Assembly (NCBI GenBank): GCA_044222185.1
Contig: JBGANV010000001.1
Span: 384,001-448,000, forward strand
Reading direction: 5' to 3'
DNA length: 64,000 nucleotides
Origin: Planctomycetota bacterium
Lineage (GTDB): Bacteria > Planctomycetota > GCA-002687715 > CAIWVZ01
The notes under the pieces were generated by a model, which worked only from the letters and a program-made list of their open reading frames with translations, made no database searches and had not been told where the DNA came from. Below, piece after piece: positions 10,091-19,878 of the stretch; within the stretch, counting starts at the first letter, position 1; the number at the start of each line of letters is the position of its first letter. A program made the translations under genes and the position numbers.

Positions 10091-10144
10091 GCTGGATCCG
10101 TGCAGAGAGGGTTGGTGTTTCCCGACTTCCGATGGAATGGCGGG

Positions 10145-10173
10145 AGGCTAAGGCTCTCAGCGGACGCGGTCAA
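10145..10173 (-). promoter_or_regulatory. Sigma70 promoter of the OPT-cyanophycinase operon
   Basis: Minus strand TTGACC-N17-TAGCCT. Confidence 0.6.
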
Positions 10174-10365
10174 CAGCGCTTCGGACGAAAACACGGCGCG
10201 GCGCGCACAGTGGGGCTTCAGCGCCAGCGGCGCCGATGTGTAGAGTGACGCCCGAGGTGACGTCGATGCGCAACCGACCCATGCTCCTCTGCTGGATGTG
10301 CTGGCTTCTGCTCGCCGCGGCTGGCGCGCTCGCCGCGGGCGTCACGGGCTGAGAGAGTCTCCGCG

Positions 10366-11292
10366 CTACTGGAAGGTGACCGAGAGGCGGTTCGAGACCT
10401 CCGTCGCCGTGAAGCTCGCATCGGCGGTGATCGCCGCGAAATGGATCGTCAGTCCCGCGAGCGGGGCGTAGCTGGGGATGGAGATCGTCGCGGTCGCCTG
10501 CCCGGCCGCGTTGAGCACGCTGAAGATGTTGGCGAACACCTGCGGGTTCTGGAGTGCGACGTAGGTCAACCCCGTGTTGATGTCGCACTGCAGGTCGAAT
10601 GACCCGCCGAAGTTCACGGTCTGCGTCGACTCGGAGACGGCGATCAAGTAGAGCTCGCCCGGATGCGTGGGAGCGCTGAGCGAGAGCGTCTGCACGGTGC
10701 CGTTGGGCCACGTCGTCGTCGCACTGGACAGGCTCGCCTGGAACATCTGGGCTCGCGCCGTGTAGATGTAGTCGCCGTCGGGCAGGAAGTTCTGGTTGGC
10801 CTGGTTTCCAGCTGCGTAGAACGTCACCGGACCCGGTGAGAGCGTCCCCGGGGCGACCCACGCCATCTGCCAGTTCGACTGGCTGACCCCCGCGAGCGTG
10901 TGCTCGTGGTGGAAGGTGCTCGCAAAGGAGTCCTGGGTGATCCCGGGCTGGATGACCTGCCAGCTGCCTGCCGGGTTGCCTGCGCCATCACGGGCCGTGA
11001 TCTCGAAGCCGTGACGGGGGCTCGTCGATCCCCCGAATCCGACCGTGATCGTGTTCGTCGAGCCGGGCACGACCGTCGTCGGCGCCCAGACGGAGAACGT
11101 GGCCGTGCCGGTGTTGAGGCCGTAGGTCGTATGGCACGTCGTGCAGTTCCCCTCGCCCGGCGCGTCCGTGAAGTACGCGGGCGGGCCGTTGCTCAACGCG
11201 GCCGAGGGGCGCGCGGTGCTCGCCAGGAAGACGCTGACGGAGCCGATGGCGATGAGGGCTGCGAGTGCCTGGCGGGAAAGCGACGTTTTCAT
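10366..11292 (-). CDS. Secreted Reeler-like (choice-of-anchor V type) protein with a CxxCH motif and a C-terminal beta domain
   Basis: Signal peptide; SNGPP..TDAPGEGNCTTCH, GFEITARD, WVAP..GPVTFYAAGNQAN...GDYIY. Confidence 0.75.
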   Translation of the reverse strand: MKTSLSRQALAALIAIGSVSVFLASTARPSAALSNGPPAYFTDAPGEGNCTTCHTTYGLNTGTATFSVWAPTTVVPGSTNTITVGFGGSTSPRHGFEITARDGAGNPAGSWQVIQPGITQDSFASTFHHEHTLAGVSQSNWQMAWVAPGTLSPGPVTFYAAGNQANQNFLPDGDYIYTARAQMFQASLSSATTTWPNGTVQTLSLSAPTHPGELYLIAVSESTQTVNFGGSFDLQCDINTGLTYVALQNPQVFANIFSVLNAAGQATATISIPSYAPLAGLTIHFAAITADASFTATEVSNRLSVTFQ

Positions 11293-11484
11293 GGGTGTTT
11301 TGAGGGGGGAGGTGAGCTCTCTCGGACGCCGCGGAGTCTATCACCGGTGCCCGGCGGGCCCGGTACCGCTGCAAAACCCCCACGACCGCGGCAGTCCTGA
11401 TACGATCCCGCCGGACCAACGGACGACCGGCGGCGATGGACCCAGGGTGGGTCCGGGCGCCCGTGTCGCCACAAGGAGACCGAG

Positions 11485-12453
11485 ATGCAATTCGCGACCA
11501 GGACGTTTCTTGCCGCGGCGGTGGCCTCGACCCTCGCCGTCGCGCAGATCCAGGTCGGCGCGCGTTGGCCGGCGGCAGAGTTGACGGGATTCACCCAGAC
11601 GGGTGCCACGTCGACCGGAGACCTCGCCGGGCGCACCGTCCTCTACGAGTTCTTCGCCTACTGGTGAGGCCCCTGCGGGTCGGCCGTTCCGCACCTGAAC
11701 GAGCTCCACGAGAAGCTCGCGGCGGAAGGGTTGACAGTCGTTGGCGTGACCAACGAAGCAAAGGGCGTGACGGACAAGTGGGTGGCGGACAAGGGCGCGA
11801 AGTACGCGTATGCGTACGACGCCGGCGGCAAGTTGATGCGCGCGTGCGGCGTGAGGGGCATTCCCCATTCGGTCGTCGTCGACCCGACGGGGAAGGTCGT
11901 CTACTCCGGCAGCCCGGGCGGGCTCAGCGAGGAGATGGTCCGAGGCTTCCTCGGCGGAGCGCTGAAAAAGCCGCTCTGGGAACTCCCCAAGTCGTTCTCC
12001 AAGGTCCGCGCGGCCGTCGTCAAGGGCGACTACGCCGCCGCGATCCGCGAGGGCGAGGCGCTCGCCCAGCAGAAAGACCCACCGGCTGAAGCGGCGGCGA
12101 TCGTCGATTCGCTGAAGAGCATGGTCACCGGCGCGGTCAAGGGTGCCGGCGAGATGGAAGCGGCCGGTGACGTTCTGGGTGCCAAGCGCGAGTACGACCG
12201 GATCCTGAAATCGGCCAAGGGGCTACCCGAGGAGGAAGCGTGCAGGGCCCGCCTCGCTGCGATCGCAGGCGATGCGGCCGTGCAGAAGTCGCTCAAGGCG
12301 CAGCTAGAACTCGAGAAGATCGAGGAGCTTCCGGGGAAGAGCAAGAAGGACGCAGAGGCGCGCAAGGTCGCCCTCGAAGCCTTCTCGAAGAAGCACCCGG
12401 ACGACTTCGCGGGAAAGCGTGCGCGCGAGCTTCTGAACCCAAAGGGCGAGTGA
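11485..12453 (+). CDS. Exported TlpA/thioredoxin-fold selenoprotein (UxxC) with a C-terminal helical domain, ~322 aa
   Basis: ORFs 11485..11667 and 11731..12453 share one frame, joined by TGA 11665-11667 in EFFAYW-U-GPC; continues PHLNELHEK..GLTVVGVT..GIPHSVVVDPTGKVVYSG; RBS AAGGAG. Confidence 0.85.
11667..11696 (+). promoter_or_regulatory. Candidate bacterial SECIS hairpin
   Basis: TGCGGG(11674-79) pairs with TCCGCA(11688-93); C81-G86 closes a G-initiated GGCC loop; lower AGG/CCT pairing. Confidence 0.55.
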
Positions 12454-12474
12454 TCACCCTGGGATGACCGTCGA

Positions 12475-12502
12475 GACGCCCGCGAAGCTCTTCGCGGGCG
12501 TC
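12475..12502 (+). terminator. Perfect 12-bp hairpin after the selenoprotein gene
   Basis: GACGCCCGCGAA-GCTC-TTCGCGGGCGTC; weak U-tract. Confidence 0.5.
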
Positions 12503-12667
12503 GTCATTTCGATCGACGTGGCTCGGGCCCGCCGGGCCGAGTCTGCGTGTCGTTCCCGGTGGCGATGGACGCCCGGTTGCGGAACTCGACACGACACCGA
12601 TTCGTCGCTTACGATCGCGGCCAACCGTTCTCCCATCCGTTTCGAAACAGACAGAGGAGGTCCGAGC

Positions 12668-13951
12668 ATGAGAAGGTTCCTTTTCGTCGCGTTCGCCCTT
12701 GGCCTTTCGGTCTCGGTGCCCGCGCAGTTTTCGCAGTCGTTGCCCAACAACCTCCTGACGACTGAAGGCAGTACGTCGAGCGCGTACCCCTGGTCGACGA
12801 CGGCGGCGAACTGCTGGCATTGGAACTACGACACGTCGAACTTCGTCGCCAACTTCCCGATCATCATCACCGGCCTCTACGTTCGCCCGAATGGTGGCGG
12901 GACGAGCGCCGGTGGCACGGATCAGAACGTCGAGGTCCAGTTCGCGTCGTCGCTCGTCGATTGGAGCACGACCGGCAACGGCACCGTGTTCGCCAGCGTC
13001 ATGGATGTCGACGCGACGATCGTCTACTCGGGGAGCGTGACGATCCCCGCGGGCGTTCAGACGACGCCGGCGGCGTGGGTTCCGATCGGCCCCATCACGC
13101 CGTTCCTCTACAATCCGGCCGCGGGGAAGGACTTCATCATCCAAGTCCGCGCGCACGGTCCGAACGTCGTCGGAATGGCTGCGGTCGACCTTCACGCCAA
13201 CGGCAGCGCGCAGCGCTACGGGAGCCAGACCAGCTCGACCGTCACGGCGGCGAACTTCTCCAACGTGAACATCGTGCCCGTCGTGAAGATCGATTACGTA
13301 CCGGCGGCCGGGCTCTACGCCGGTTTCAACGCCTCGCCCGTGTCAGGCCCCGCACCGCTCACCGTGAACTTCACGAACACGAGCTACACGAGCGACCCGG
13401 GCGGATTCACCTCGTACGCGTGGGACCTGGACGGCGACAGCATCATCGACTCCACCATCCCGAACCCGACCTTCACCTACCTGGCGCCGGGCTTGAAGTC
13501 CGTCACCCTCACGGTGACGGATGCCACGAACCCGGCAAGCACCATCACGCGTACCGGGTACATCAACGTGGGGCAGTACGTTTTCAGCGCAGGGTCCAGC
13601 GGCGGAGGCGTCGGTGACCTCACGATCTCTGGAATCCCGATCATCGGCGCTCCAGCCGCGACGCAAGGCTTCACGTTGATTTCGTTCGCGACGACCTCGC
13701 CCGTAGGCACCGGTCCGTTCTTCGGTCTGGTACCGGACGCGACCGTCTTCAGCGTGCTGACGGCGCCCGCGGGAATCGGCAACCCGCTCCACTACTTGAC
13801 GGTCCCGGGGATCTATCCGGATGCGCCGCTCGTCGTCCCGCCGGGATCGCTCACGTTCCTCGCGGGTGTGTCAGCGGACTTCGCGCAGATCGGACTGGAC
13901 GCCGGCTACAACCTGCAGTTCTGGTCGACCGTGTCACGCGTCACGTTCTGA
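12668..13951 (+). CDS. Secreted PKD-domain protein
   Basis: RBS GAGGAGG; signal peptide; PKD core FNASPVSGPAPLTVNFTNTS...YAWDLDGD...NPTFTY...VTLTVTD. Confidence 0.85.
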   Translation: MRRFLFVAFALGLSVSVPAQFSQSLPNNLLTTEGSTSSAYPWSTTAANCWHWNYDTSNFVANFPIIITGLYVRPNGGGTSAGGTDQNVEVQFASSLVDWSTTGNGTVFASVMDVDATIVYSGSVTIPAGVQTTPAAWVPIGPITPFLYNPAAGKDFIIQVRAHGPNVVGMAAVDLHANGSAQRYGSQTSSTVTAANFSNVNIVPVVKIDYVPAAGLYAGFNASPVSGPAPLTVNFTNTSYTSDPGGFTSYAWDLDGDSIIDSTIPNPTFTYLAPGLKSVTLTVTDATNPASTITRTGYINVGQYVFSAGSSGGGVGDLTISGIPIIGAPAATQGFTLISFATTSPVGTGPFFGLVPDATVFSVLTAPAGIGNPLHYLTVPGIYPDAPLVVPPGSLTFLAGVSADFAQIGLDAGYNLQFWSTVSRVTF

Positions 13952-13968
13952 GGCGACGCGCCCGACCG

Positions 13969-14745
13969 TCACGCCGTGAGCCCGCCGTCGAGGACGAGCG
14001 CGTGTCCTGTGATCCAGGACGAAAGGTCGGAGGCCAGGAACGCCGCCGCCTGAGCGAAGTCCTCGACGCGGCCTATGCGGCGGAGCGGAAACCGCTCCGC
14101 CAGCTCGCGCCGTTTCGCTTCCGGATCCGGTGCTCCCGTGATCATGCCGCGGTTCAGCGGCGTCTCGATGAACGCGGGCAGGATCGCATTCACCCGCACT
14201 CCAGCGGGTCCGTACCGAACGGCAAGCGACTTCATCAGTCCGAGCAGAGCCGCCTTCGCTGCGCTGTAGACGGGCATCATCCCCGCGCCGCCTCGGATCG
14301 CGAGGTAGGACGAGGTGAGGATCACGCTTCCTGAACGCGCCGCCTCCATGGGCGCCAGTGCCGAGCGTAGAACGTTGAACGCACCATCCACGGAAGGACC
14401 GATGACGGATGCGATGCTCTCCTGATTCGACGCGGGGATGTCCTCGCGGATCAGTGTCCCCGCCGCATGGATCACGATGGAAGGGGCTCCCTTCGCTGCG
14501 AGAAGTCGCGGAAGGACGGCGGCACACGCGGCAGGATCGCTGACGTCGAGCGCGTGGAATTCGGCCAGCCCCCCGCGCGACCGGAGTTCCTCGGCGGCAC
14601 GTGCGCCGCGCTCCGCGTCCCGCGCGAGGAGCAGGCACTGCGCCCCGAGCTCCGACAGCGAGCGGGCGGACGCGAGCCCCAGGCCCGACGTGCCCCCCGT
14701 GATCCACGCCACCCGCCCGTCGAGTCGGAAAACATCCGTGATCAT
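13969..14745 (-). CDS. Short-chain dehydrogenase/reductase
   Basis: TGGTSGLG, YSAAK, VRVNAILP. Confidence 0.92.
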   Translation of the reverse strand: MITDVFRLDGRVAWITGGTSGLGLASARSLSELGAQCLLLARDAERGARAAEELRSRGGLAEFHALDVSDPAACAAVLPRLLAAKGAPSIVIHAAGTLIREDIPASNQESIASVIGPSVDGAFNVLRSALAPMEAARSGSVILTSSYLAIRGGAGMMPVYSAAKAALLGLMKSLAVRYGPAGVRVNAILPAFIETPLNRGMITGAPDPEAKRRELAERFPLRRIGRVEDFAQAAAFLASDLSSWITGHALVLDGGLTA

Positions 14746-14879
14746 GTCGGAACTCTACACGCCGCGCCGCCGACGGCCGTGGCTATCCGCGAGAGCCGGG
14801 GTATCTTGTGGCGCGACGTCTGAAGTCTTGTCGCCGTGCGCGCCCGGATGCACCGACACTGCCCACTGGAGATCGACGC

Positions 14880-15242
14880 GTGCCCTGGACCGTTCAACTG
14901 GTCATGGAGAAGTTTGGCGAGGACGTCCTTCGCGACATCACTCGCGACATCAACGACCTCATGTGCGGCAAGGCGGGGCGGGGATGGAAGGTCAACCGAA
15001 CCGCCGTCCCCGAATCCGTGTGGACCAAGCTCCTGACGCAGGGCGGGTACTCGGAGGTTGGCATCGCGAAGGCGCTCTCGGGGGTCGAGCTCCTGCAATC
15101 GGACGCCGTGGGCCCGTTCAACCCCTACACGATCCACACGCTCGTGAACATCACGGCGAACAACGGCGGGCCGCTCACGGCAGACGAGTTGGACGCACTG
15201 CTGCGTTGCGCACTTCGCTACAGGCAGTTGATCAAGGACTGA
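14880..15242 (+). CDS. Hypothetical protein (~120 aa)
   Basis: GTG at 14880 after GGAG; globular-looking composition; no family recognised. Confidence 0.65.
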   Translation: MPWTVQLVMEKFGEDVLRDITRDINDLMCGKAGRGWKVNRTAVPESVWTKLLTQGGYSEVGIAKALSGVELLQSDAVGPFNPYTIHTLVNITANNGGPLTADELDALLRCALRYRQLIKD

Positions 15243-15912
15243 CCGCTTCCATGGGACGGCCGCGCAGGACGTCGCGCCCGGCTGCCCCGAGCCAGCGGTC
15301 GATTTCCTCGGCGTCGGGACCGTCGCGAAGGGTCGGCAGAAACACGGCGTAGCCGACGGACGCCGACGACAGCACGGGCTCGGAACCGGAGAGACCCGAC
15401 ACCGGCGAGGCGACGGGTCCATTGCGGTCGACGAGGACCGGGCGCCCGGAGAGATCCTGCTGCGCCGTCCTGGCTGTGGTTCGCGTCAACGTGCCCGGCG
15501 GGGCGAGTCGCAGTTGCAGCGGCGGCGACAACCGCGACGGATCGAGCGCGACCACGGGCACGGCGAATGCGAGCGCGGCGAGGCGCGCCAGGTCGACGGC
15601 GTCGTTCACCACCGGAAACGGATCACCCCGCGACACGACGCGAAAGAGGTCGTCGAGCCAGGGCCGGGATCGGTTGGGGTCTATGCCGCTCTCGCGGAGC
15701 CCCGCATGGAACGCCGCGAGCGTCGGGATCTTCGACGCATCCTTCGCCGCTTCGTGTCGTGACCGGGCTCCCGCGACGACGCGCTTGCGCAACGTTTCGA
15801 GCGCCGGCGTGTTGGTGCCGACGCGGACACGGTCGATCAGGATCCAGCGAACGGTCAGGCGCGCGAACCGCGCGGCAACTTCCGGATCGACTGGGATCGT
15901 CGGAGTGGGCAT
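15232..15912 (-). CDS. Stand-alone B3/B4 (PheRS beta editing-like) domain protein, divergent
   Basis: AAFHAGLRESGIDPNRSRP..L.RV..G..FP.VNDAVDL; ATG 15912 after GGAG. Confidence 0.7.
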   Translation of the reverse strand: MPTPTIPVDPEVAARFARLTVRWILIDRVRVGTNTPALETLRKRVVAGARSRHEAAKDASKIPTLAAFHAGLRESGIDPNRSRPWLDDLFRVVSRGDPFPVVNDAVDLARLAALAFAVPVVALDPSRLSPPLQLRLAPPGTLTRTTARTAQQDLSGRPVLVDRNGPVASPVSGLSGSEPVLSSASVGYAVFLPTLRDGPDAEEIDRWLGAAGRDVLRGRPMEAVSP

Positions 15913-15995
15913 GACGGTCAGTTCTCCGCGCGGCGGGCGGGGAGGCGTCCGCGCGCTGCGATTGGGGATCGGGGCACTCGGACTATCATCGGGCC

Positions 15996-16997
15996 ATGTT
16001 TCCCGTGGTGGACGGTCACGCCGACATTTTCTCGAAGTGCATCGAGGATGGGTTGGATTATCTCGCGGACGCCGCCAGGTTTCAGGCGTCCATCGCCAAC
16101 CTGAATCGCGGCGGAGTCCGCGTTCAATGCGCCTCAGTGTATGTACCCAAGCGGTTTTCGGGGGATGAAGCCACGCACTACGCCCTTCGGATCGTGGGTG
16201 TGGGGCATCGTGTGGCGCGCCTGACGAGCGGCGCGACGTCACTCGTCAATTCCCGGCGATCGCTGGATCGGGTCTGCAACTCGGACACCCCGTCGATGGG
16301 CTTCGTCTTCTCGATGGAAGGCGCGTCGCCCCTGGCCGGGGACGCAAGTCGACTGGACGTGTTCGCGCGCTTGGGTGTGCGGATCCTGGGCCTGACCCAC
16401 AACCACGACAACGAGTGTGGCGATGGCTGCTTTTCGAAGGAGCCGAAGGGCCTCACCGAGGTCGGACGCGACATCGCGAGGGCGGCCGAGGCGCGTGGGA
16501 TCCTCCTCGATGCCGCCCACCTGAATGCTCGGAGCTTCGACCACGTCATGGGCCTGAGAACGCGGCCCGTGGTGTACTCGCACGGCGGCTCGCGCGCTCT
16601 CGTGGATTCGCCGCGCAACCTGACGGACGCCCAGGCTCGCGCCGTGGCGCAGAGCGGGGGAGTGCTCGGCGTCGACTTCTTTCCCGGGCACATCGCGCGC
16701 GACGGGAAGGCTGGCACGCTCTCGGACGTCGCGGATCACGTCGAGCATTGGGTGGCGCTCGTTGGTGCCGACTTCGTGGGGTTCGGCGGCGACATGGATG
16801 GGATCCCGACGACGCTGACGGGAGTCGAGGACGCCGGTGCCTACCCGGCGATCCTCGCGGAACTCGAGCGGCGCGGGATGAAAGCCGCCGACCTCGCGAA
16901 GATTGCCGGCGAGAACTGGATGCGCGTCCTCGGCGACGTGATGTCCGACGGCTTGGGCACGCCGGAGGCGGGTGATAGCCTGTCCGCCCAACCATAG
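15996..16997 (+). CDS. Membrane dipeptidase (peptidase M19)
   Basis: VDGHAD, SMEGA, LGLTHN, LDAAH, YSHGG, RNLTD, GFGGDMDG, IAGENWMRV. Confidence 0.92.
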   Translation: MFPVVDGHADIFSKCIEDGLDYLADAARFQASIANLNRGGVRVQCASVYVPKRFSGDEATHYALRIVGVGHRVARLTSGATSLVNSRRSLDRVCNSDTPSMGFVFSMEGASPLAGDASRLDVFARLGVRILGLTHNHDNECGDGCFSKEPKGLTEVGRDIARAAEARGILLDAAHLNARSFDHVMGLRTRPVVYSHGGSRALVDSPRNLTDAQARAVAQSGGVLGVDFFPGHIARDGKAGTLSDVADHVEHWVALVGADFVGFGGDMDGIPTTLTGVEDAGAYPAILAELERRGMKAADLAKIAGENWMRVLGDVMSDGLGTPEAGDSLSAQP

Positions 16998-17054
16998 TGG
17001 AGACGGCTTGTGACGCCCAGATCGGGCTCATCCGTCGCCCGAGCGAGAACGACG

Positions 17055-17276
17055 ATGAAGGACGGCATCCACCCCAAGTACGTGAGCTGCAAGGTGACCT
17101 GCGGCTGCGGAGCGAGCTTCGTGACCCGGTCGACGCGACCGGAGATCAACGTCGAAATCTGCTCGAACTGCCACCCGTTCTACTCGGGCAAGCAGAAGTT
17201 CGTCGACACGGCCGGACGCGTCGAGCGCTTCATGAAGCGGTACGGCACCAAGGCTCCCGCCAAGAGCGGTAGCTGA
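17055..17276 (+). CDS. rpmE: 50S ribosomal protein L31 (Zn-binding type)
   Basis: [39 protein letters not shown]. Confidence 0.97.
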   Translation: MKDGIHPKYVSCKVTCGCGASFVTRSTRPEINVEICSNCHPFYSGKQKFVDTAGRVERFMKRYGTKAPAKSGS

Positions 17277-17309
17277 TCTTCGGCCTTGGGGCCGGGACAT
17301 TGATGCCCC

Positions 17310-18416
17310 ATGGCCGTCTCCCTCGTCGCCCGACTCGCGCCCAAGCTCGGCGAGATGGCCGGTCGCCTGCTCGAGGTCGACCGGCTGCTGGCTGATCCCA
17401 GCGTGAACATCAACCCGGCGCGCGTCTCCGAGTTGATGCGTGAGCGAGGACCCCTCGAGCAGCGGGTTGCCGTGTTCCGTGAATGGGAGCGGCGGTCCCG
17501 GTCGATCGAGGAGACCCGTCAGGCCGCGGCGAACGAATCGGATCGCGAGATGGTTGCGCTCTTCCAATCCGAGCTCGACTCCGAGGCGGCGCGCCTCGCG
17601 GTCCTCGAGGCCCAGCTCGTCGACTTCTTCCTGCTCGACGATTCGGACCCGGATCGGAACGTGATCGTGGAGATCCGCGCCGGTACCGGCGGTGACGAAG
17701 CGGCGCTCTGGGCCGGGGACCTCATGCGCATGTACACGCGCTACGCCGAGAGCCGGCGGTGGAACGTCGAGATGCTCTCCGAGAGTCCAACCCCGTTGGG
17801 CGGGTTCCGGGAAGTCATCGCGCGCATCACCGGGAGCGGTGTCTTCGGGCGCCTGCAATTCGAGAGCGGTGTCCACCGGGTGCAGCGCGTTCCAGTCACC
17901 GAGAACCAGGGCCGGGTCCACACCTCCACGGCGACCGTGGCCGTCCTGCCGGAGGTGTCGGACGTCGAGGTTCAATTGCGCGATCAGGATCTGAAGATCG
18001 ACGTCTACCGATCGTCGGGCCCCGGTGGGCAGAACGTGAACAAGACCTCGTCCGCCATTCGCGTCACGCATCTCCCATCGGGAATCGTCGTCGCGTGCCA
18101 GGACGAACGGTCTCAACACAAGAACCGCGAACGAGCGCTGGCGATCCTGCGGTCCCGCCTCTTCGACCAGGCGCGCGAGGAGCGCGACAAGAAGCGCGCT
18201 GCGGACCGGCGTCAGCAGGTCGGAACCGGCGATCGCTCGGAGAAGATCCGGACGTACAACTTTCCGCAGTCACGGGTCACCGATCACCGCGTCGAAGGCG
18301 TGAAGACTCACGACCTTCATGCCGTGCTCGACGGGCGCCTGGACGATCTCGTTCAGCCGCTGCTCGACCACGTGCGGGAGCTTCGCCTGCGCGAACTCCT
18401 GGCGAGCTCGGCGTGA
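17310..18416 (+). CDS. prfA: Peptide chain release factor 1
   Basis: EIRAGTGGDEA, PVT specificity motif, GGQ, RTYNFPQSRVTDHR. Confidence 0.97.
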   Translation: MAVSLVARLAPKLGEMAGRLLEVDRLLADPSVNINPARVSELMRERGPLEQRVAVFREWERRSRSIEETRQAAANESDREMVALFQSELDSEAARLAVLEAQLVDFFLLDDSDPDRNVIVEIRAGTGGDEAALWAGDLMRMYTRYAESRRWNVEMLSESPTPLGGFREVIARITGSGVFGRLQFESGVHRVQRVPVTENQGRVHTSTATVAVLPEVSDVEVQLRDQDLKIDVYRSSGPGGQNVNKTSSAIRVTHLPSGIVVACQDERSQHKNRERALAILRSRLFDQAREERDKKRAADRRQQVGTGDRSEKIRTYNFPQSRVTDHRVEGVKTHDLHAVLDGRLDDLVQPLLDHVRELRLRELLASSA

Positions 18417-18450
18417 GCCGGGTTCGGTCGATCGGATCGGGGCCGTCGCG

Positions 18451-19314
18451 ATGATCTGGACGGTCGTCGACATCCTGCGTGCGTCGACCGAGTTCCTATC
18501 ACGGCAGCGCGTGGATGGGGCCCGGCTCGACGCCGAGGTTCTTTTGGCGCATGTGCTCGGGAAGTCGCGCCTCGATCTGTATCTGATGCACGACATGCCC
18601 GTGGACGAAGGTGTCCGGGCCCGGTATCGGGAGCTCGTGCGCGCCCGTGCCCGCGCGACTCCCGTCGCCTACCTCATCGGCGGGCGGGAGTTCTACGGGA
18701 TCTGGTTCGATGTCGATGCGCGGGTGCTGATTCCACGGCCCGAGACCGAGCACCTCGTCGACGCCGGGCTCGAATGGCTGGCCGAGAACGCGGCCAGCGG
18801 TCGGTTGCCGCTCGTCATCGACGTGTGCACCGGCAGCGGATGTGTCGCGGTGGCGATGGCGTTGCGCCACCCCGGTGCGACGTTCGTGGCGGCGGACGTC
18901 TCGGACGACGCGCTGGCCGTCGCGCGCAAGAACGTGGAGCGCCTGGTGCCCGGGCGCGTCGACCTCGTCCGATCGGATCTCCTGGCTTCGGTGAGGCCCG
19001 GCGAGGCGATCGACCTGCTCGTGGCGAATCCGCCGTACGTCACGCAGTCAGAGTTCGCGGAGGTGTCGGCGGACGTGAAGCAGGAGCCAGAAATGGCCCT
19101 ACTTTGCGGCGATGATCCCCTGTCGTTTCACAAATCCATCCTGCAGCAGGCCTGGCCACGCGTGAGCTCCGGCGGGCGAGTGGCTCTCGAACTCGGCGCC
19201 GGGGCCTCGGATCTCGTGGCGTGGATTCGCGGGGCGTACCCCGACAGCCTCGTGCGCGTGCGCGACGACTACGCGAAGCACCCGCGCGTGGTCATCGCCG
19301 ACAAGGCGCGCTGA
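18451..19314 (+). CDS. prmC: Release factor glutamine N5-methyltransferase
   Basis: LIPRPETEHLV, DVCTGSG, NPPY; directly after prfA. Confidence 0.95.
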   Translation: MIWTVVDILRASTEFLSRQRVDGARLDAEVLLAHVLGKSRLDLYLMHDMPVDEGVRARYRELVRARARATPVAYLIGGREFYGIWFDVDARVLIPRPETEHLVDAGLEWLAENAASGRLPLVIDVCTGSGCVAVAMALRHPGATFVAADVSDDALAVARKNVERLVPGRVDLVRSDLLASVRPGEAIDLLVANPPYVTQSEFAEVSADVKQEPEMALLCGDDPLSFHKSILQQAWPRVSSGGRVALELGAGASDLVAWIRGAYPDSLVRVRDDYAKHPRVVIADKAR

Positions 19315-19320
19315 ACGCCG

Positions 19321-19692
19321 TCAGGCCGTGGGGATTGGCGCGGCGCGCGCCACGAGCTTGTCGATGGCAGCGCGATCCTCCGGCTTGATCGCCGTGAAGA
19401 ACAGGCCCACGTCGTACTCGCCGTCGACTCGACGCTGCGAGCGGACCACCGCTGCCTCGCAGGAGATGCTCCGCGAGCTGCCGTCCGCTTCATCGACCTG
19501 GAAGCGGATCTTCACGTGGGCCATTTCGGGGAAGGCCACGTTGCTCACGGCGCAGGCGCCGATCCGACTCACGTTCGAGATCCGGCACTTGATGTCTTGA
19601 CGGCTCGCGGACGCGACGACGCCCTCGATGTCGGTCTCCGCGCGCGCAGCGCGGCGTTGGTCCGGGCGGTCGGAATTCTGATCGGTTCGCAT
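19321..19692 (-). CDS. Stand-alone PilZ-domain protein (c-di-GMP receptor)
   Basis: RxxxR (QRRAAR) and NxSxxG (NVSRIG); ATG 19692 after AGGA; 3' end of spurious ORF 19321..21144. Confidence 0.85.
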   Translation of the reverse strand: MRTDQNSDRPDQRRAARAETDIEGVVASASRQDIKCRISNVSRIGACAVSNVAFPEMAHVKIRFQVDEADGSSRSISCEAAVVRSQRRVDGEYDVGLFFTAIKPEDRAAIDKLVARAAPIPTA

Positions 19693-19721
19693 GGTATGTC
19701 CTGACGCCGTCGCCCCGTCGA

Positions 19722-19749
19722 TTGCGGGTGTCACCCCCGTCCGTACAAT
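19722..19749 (+). promoter_or_regulatory. Putative sigma70 promoter of ssb
   Basis: TTGCGG-N16-TACAAT. Confidence 0.5.
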
Positions 19750-19878
19750 CCGGGGCAGTATCGGGCGATCGTGTCTGATTCTTTCGGCAGAGTGCGCTCT
19801 GCGATTTGACATCCGGTTGCCCCGCTTTTTTGACGGGCCGGCCATCCGCGCTCCGGAGGGCCCGGCCGGGAGACTTCG

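Noticed and set aside
11485-11730. Nonsense pseudogene, or genome-wide UGA reassignment
   Set aside because: The TGA falls exactly on the catalytic Cys position with intact flanks, and many clear genes here (rpsT, def, ribF, prfA, ssb, rpoD) end in TGA, so it is a normal stop elsewhere
17310-18416. Programmed frameshift in the release factor gene
   Set aside because: The PVT motif identifies RF1 and the frame is continuous; the frameshift is a prfB feature
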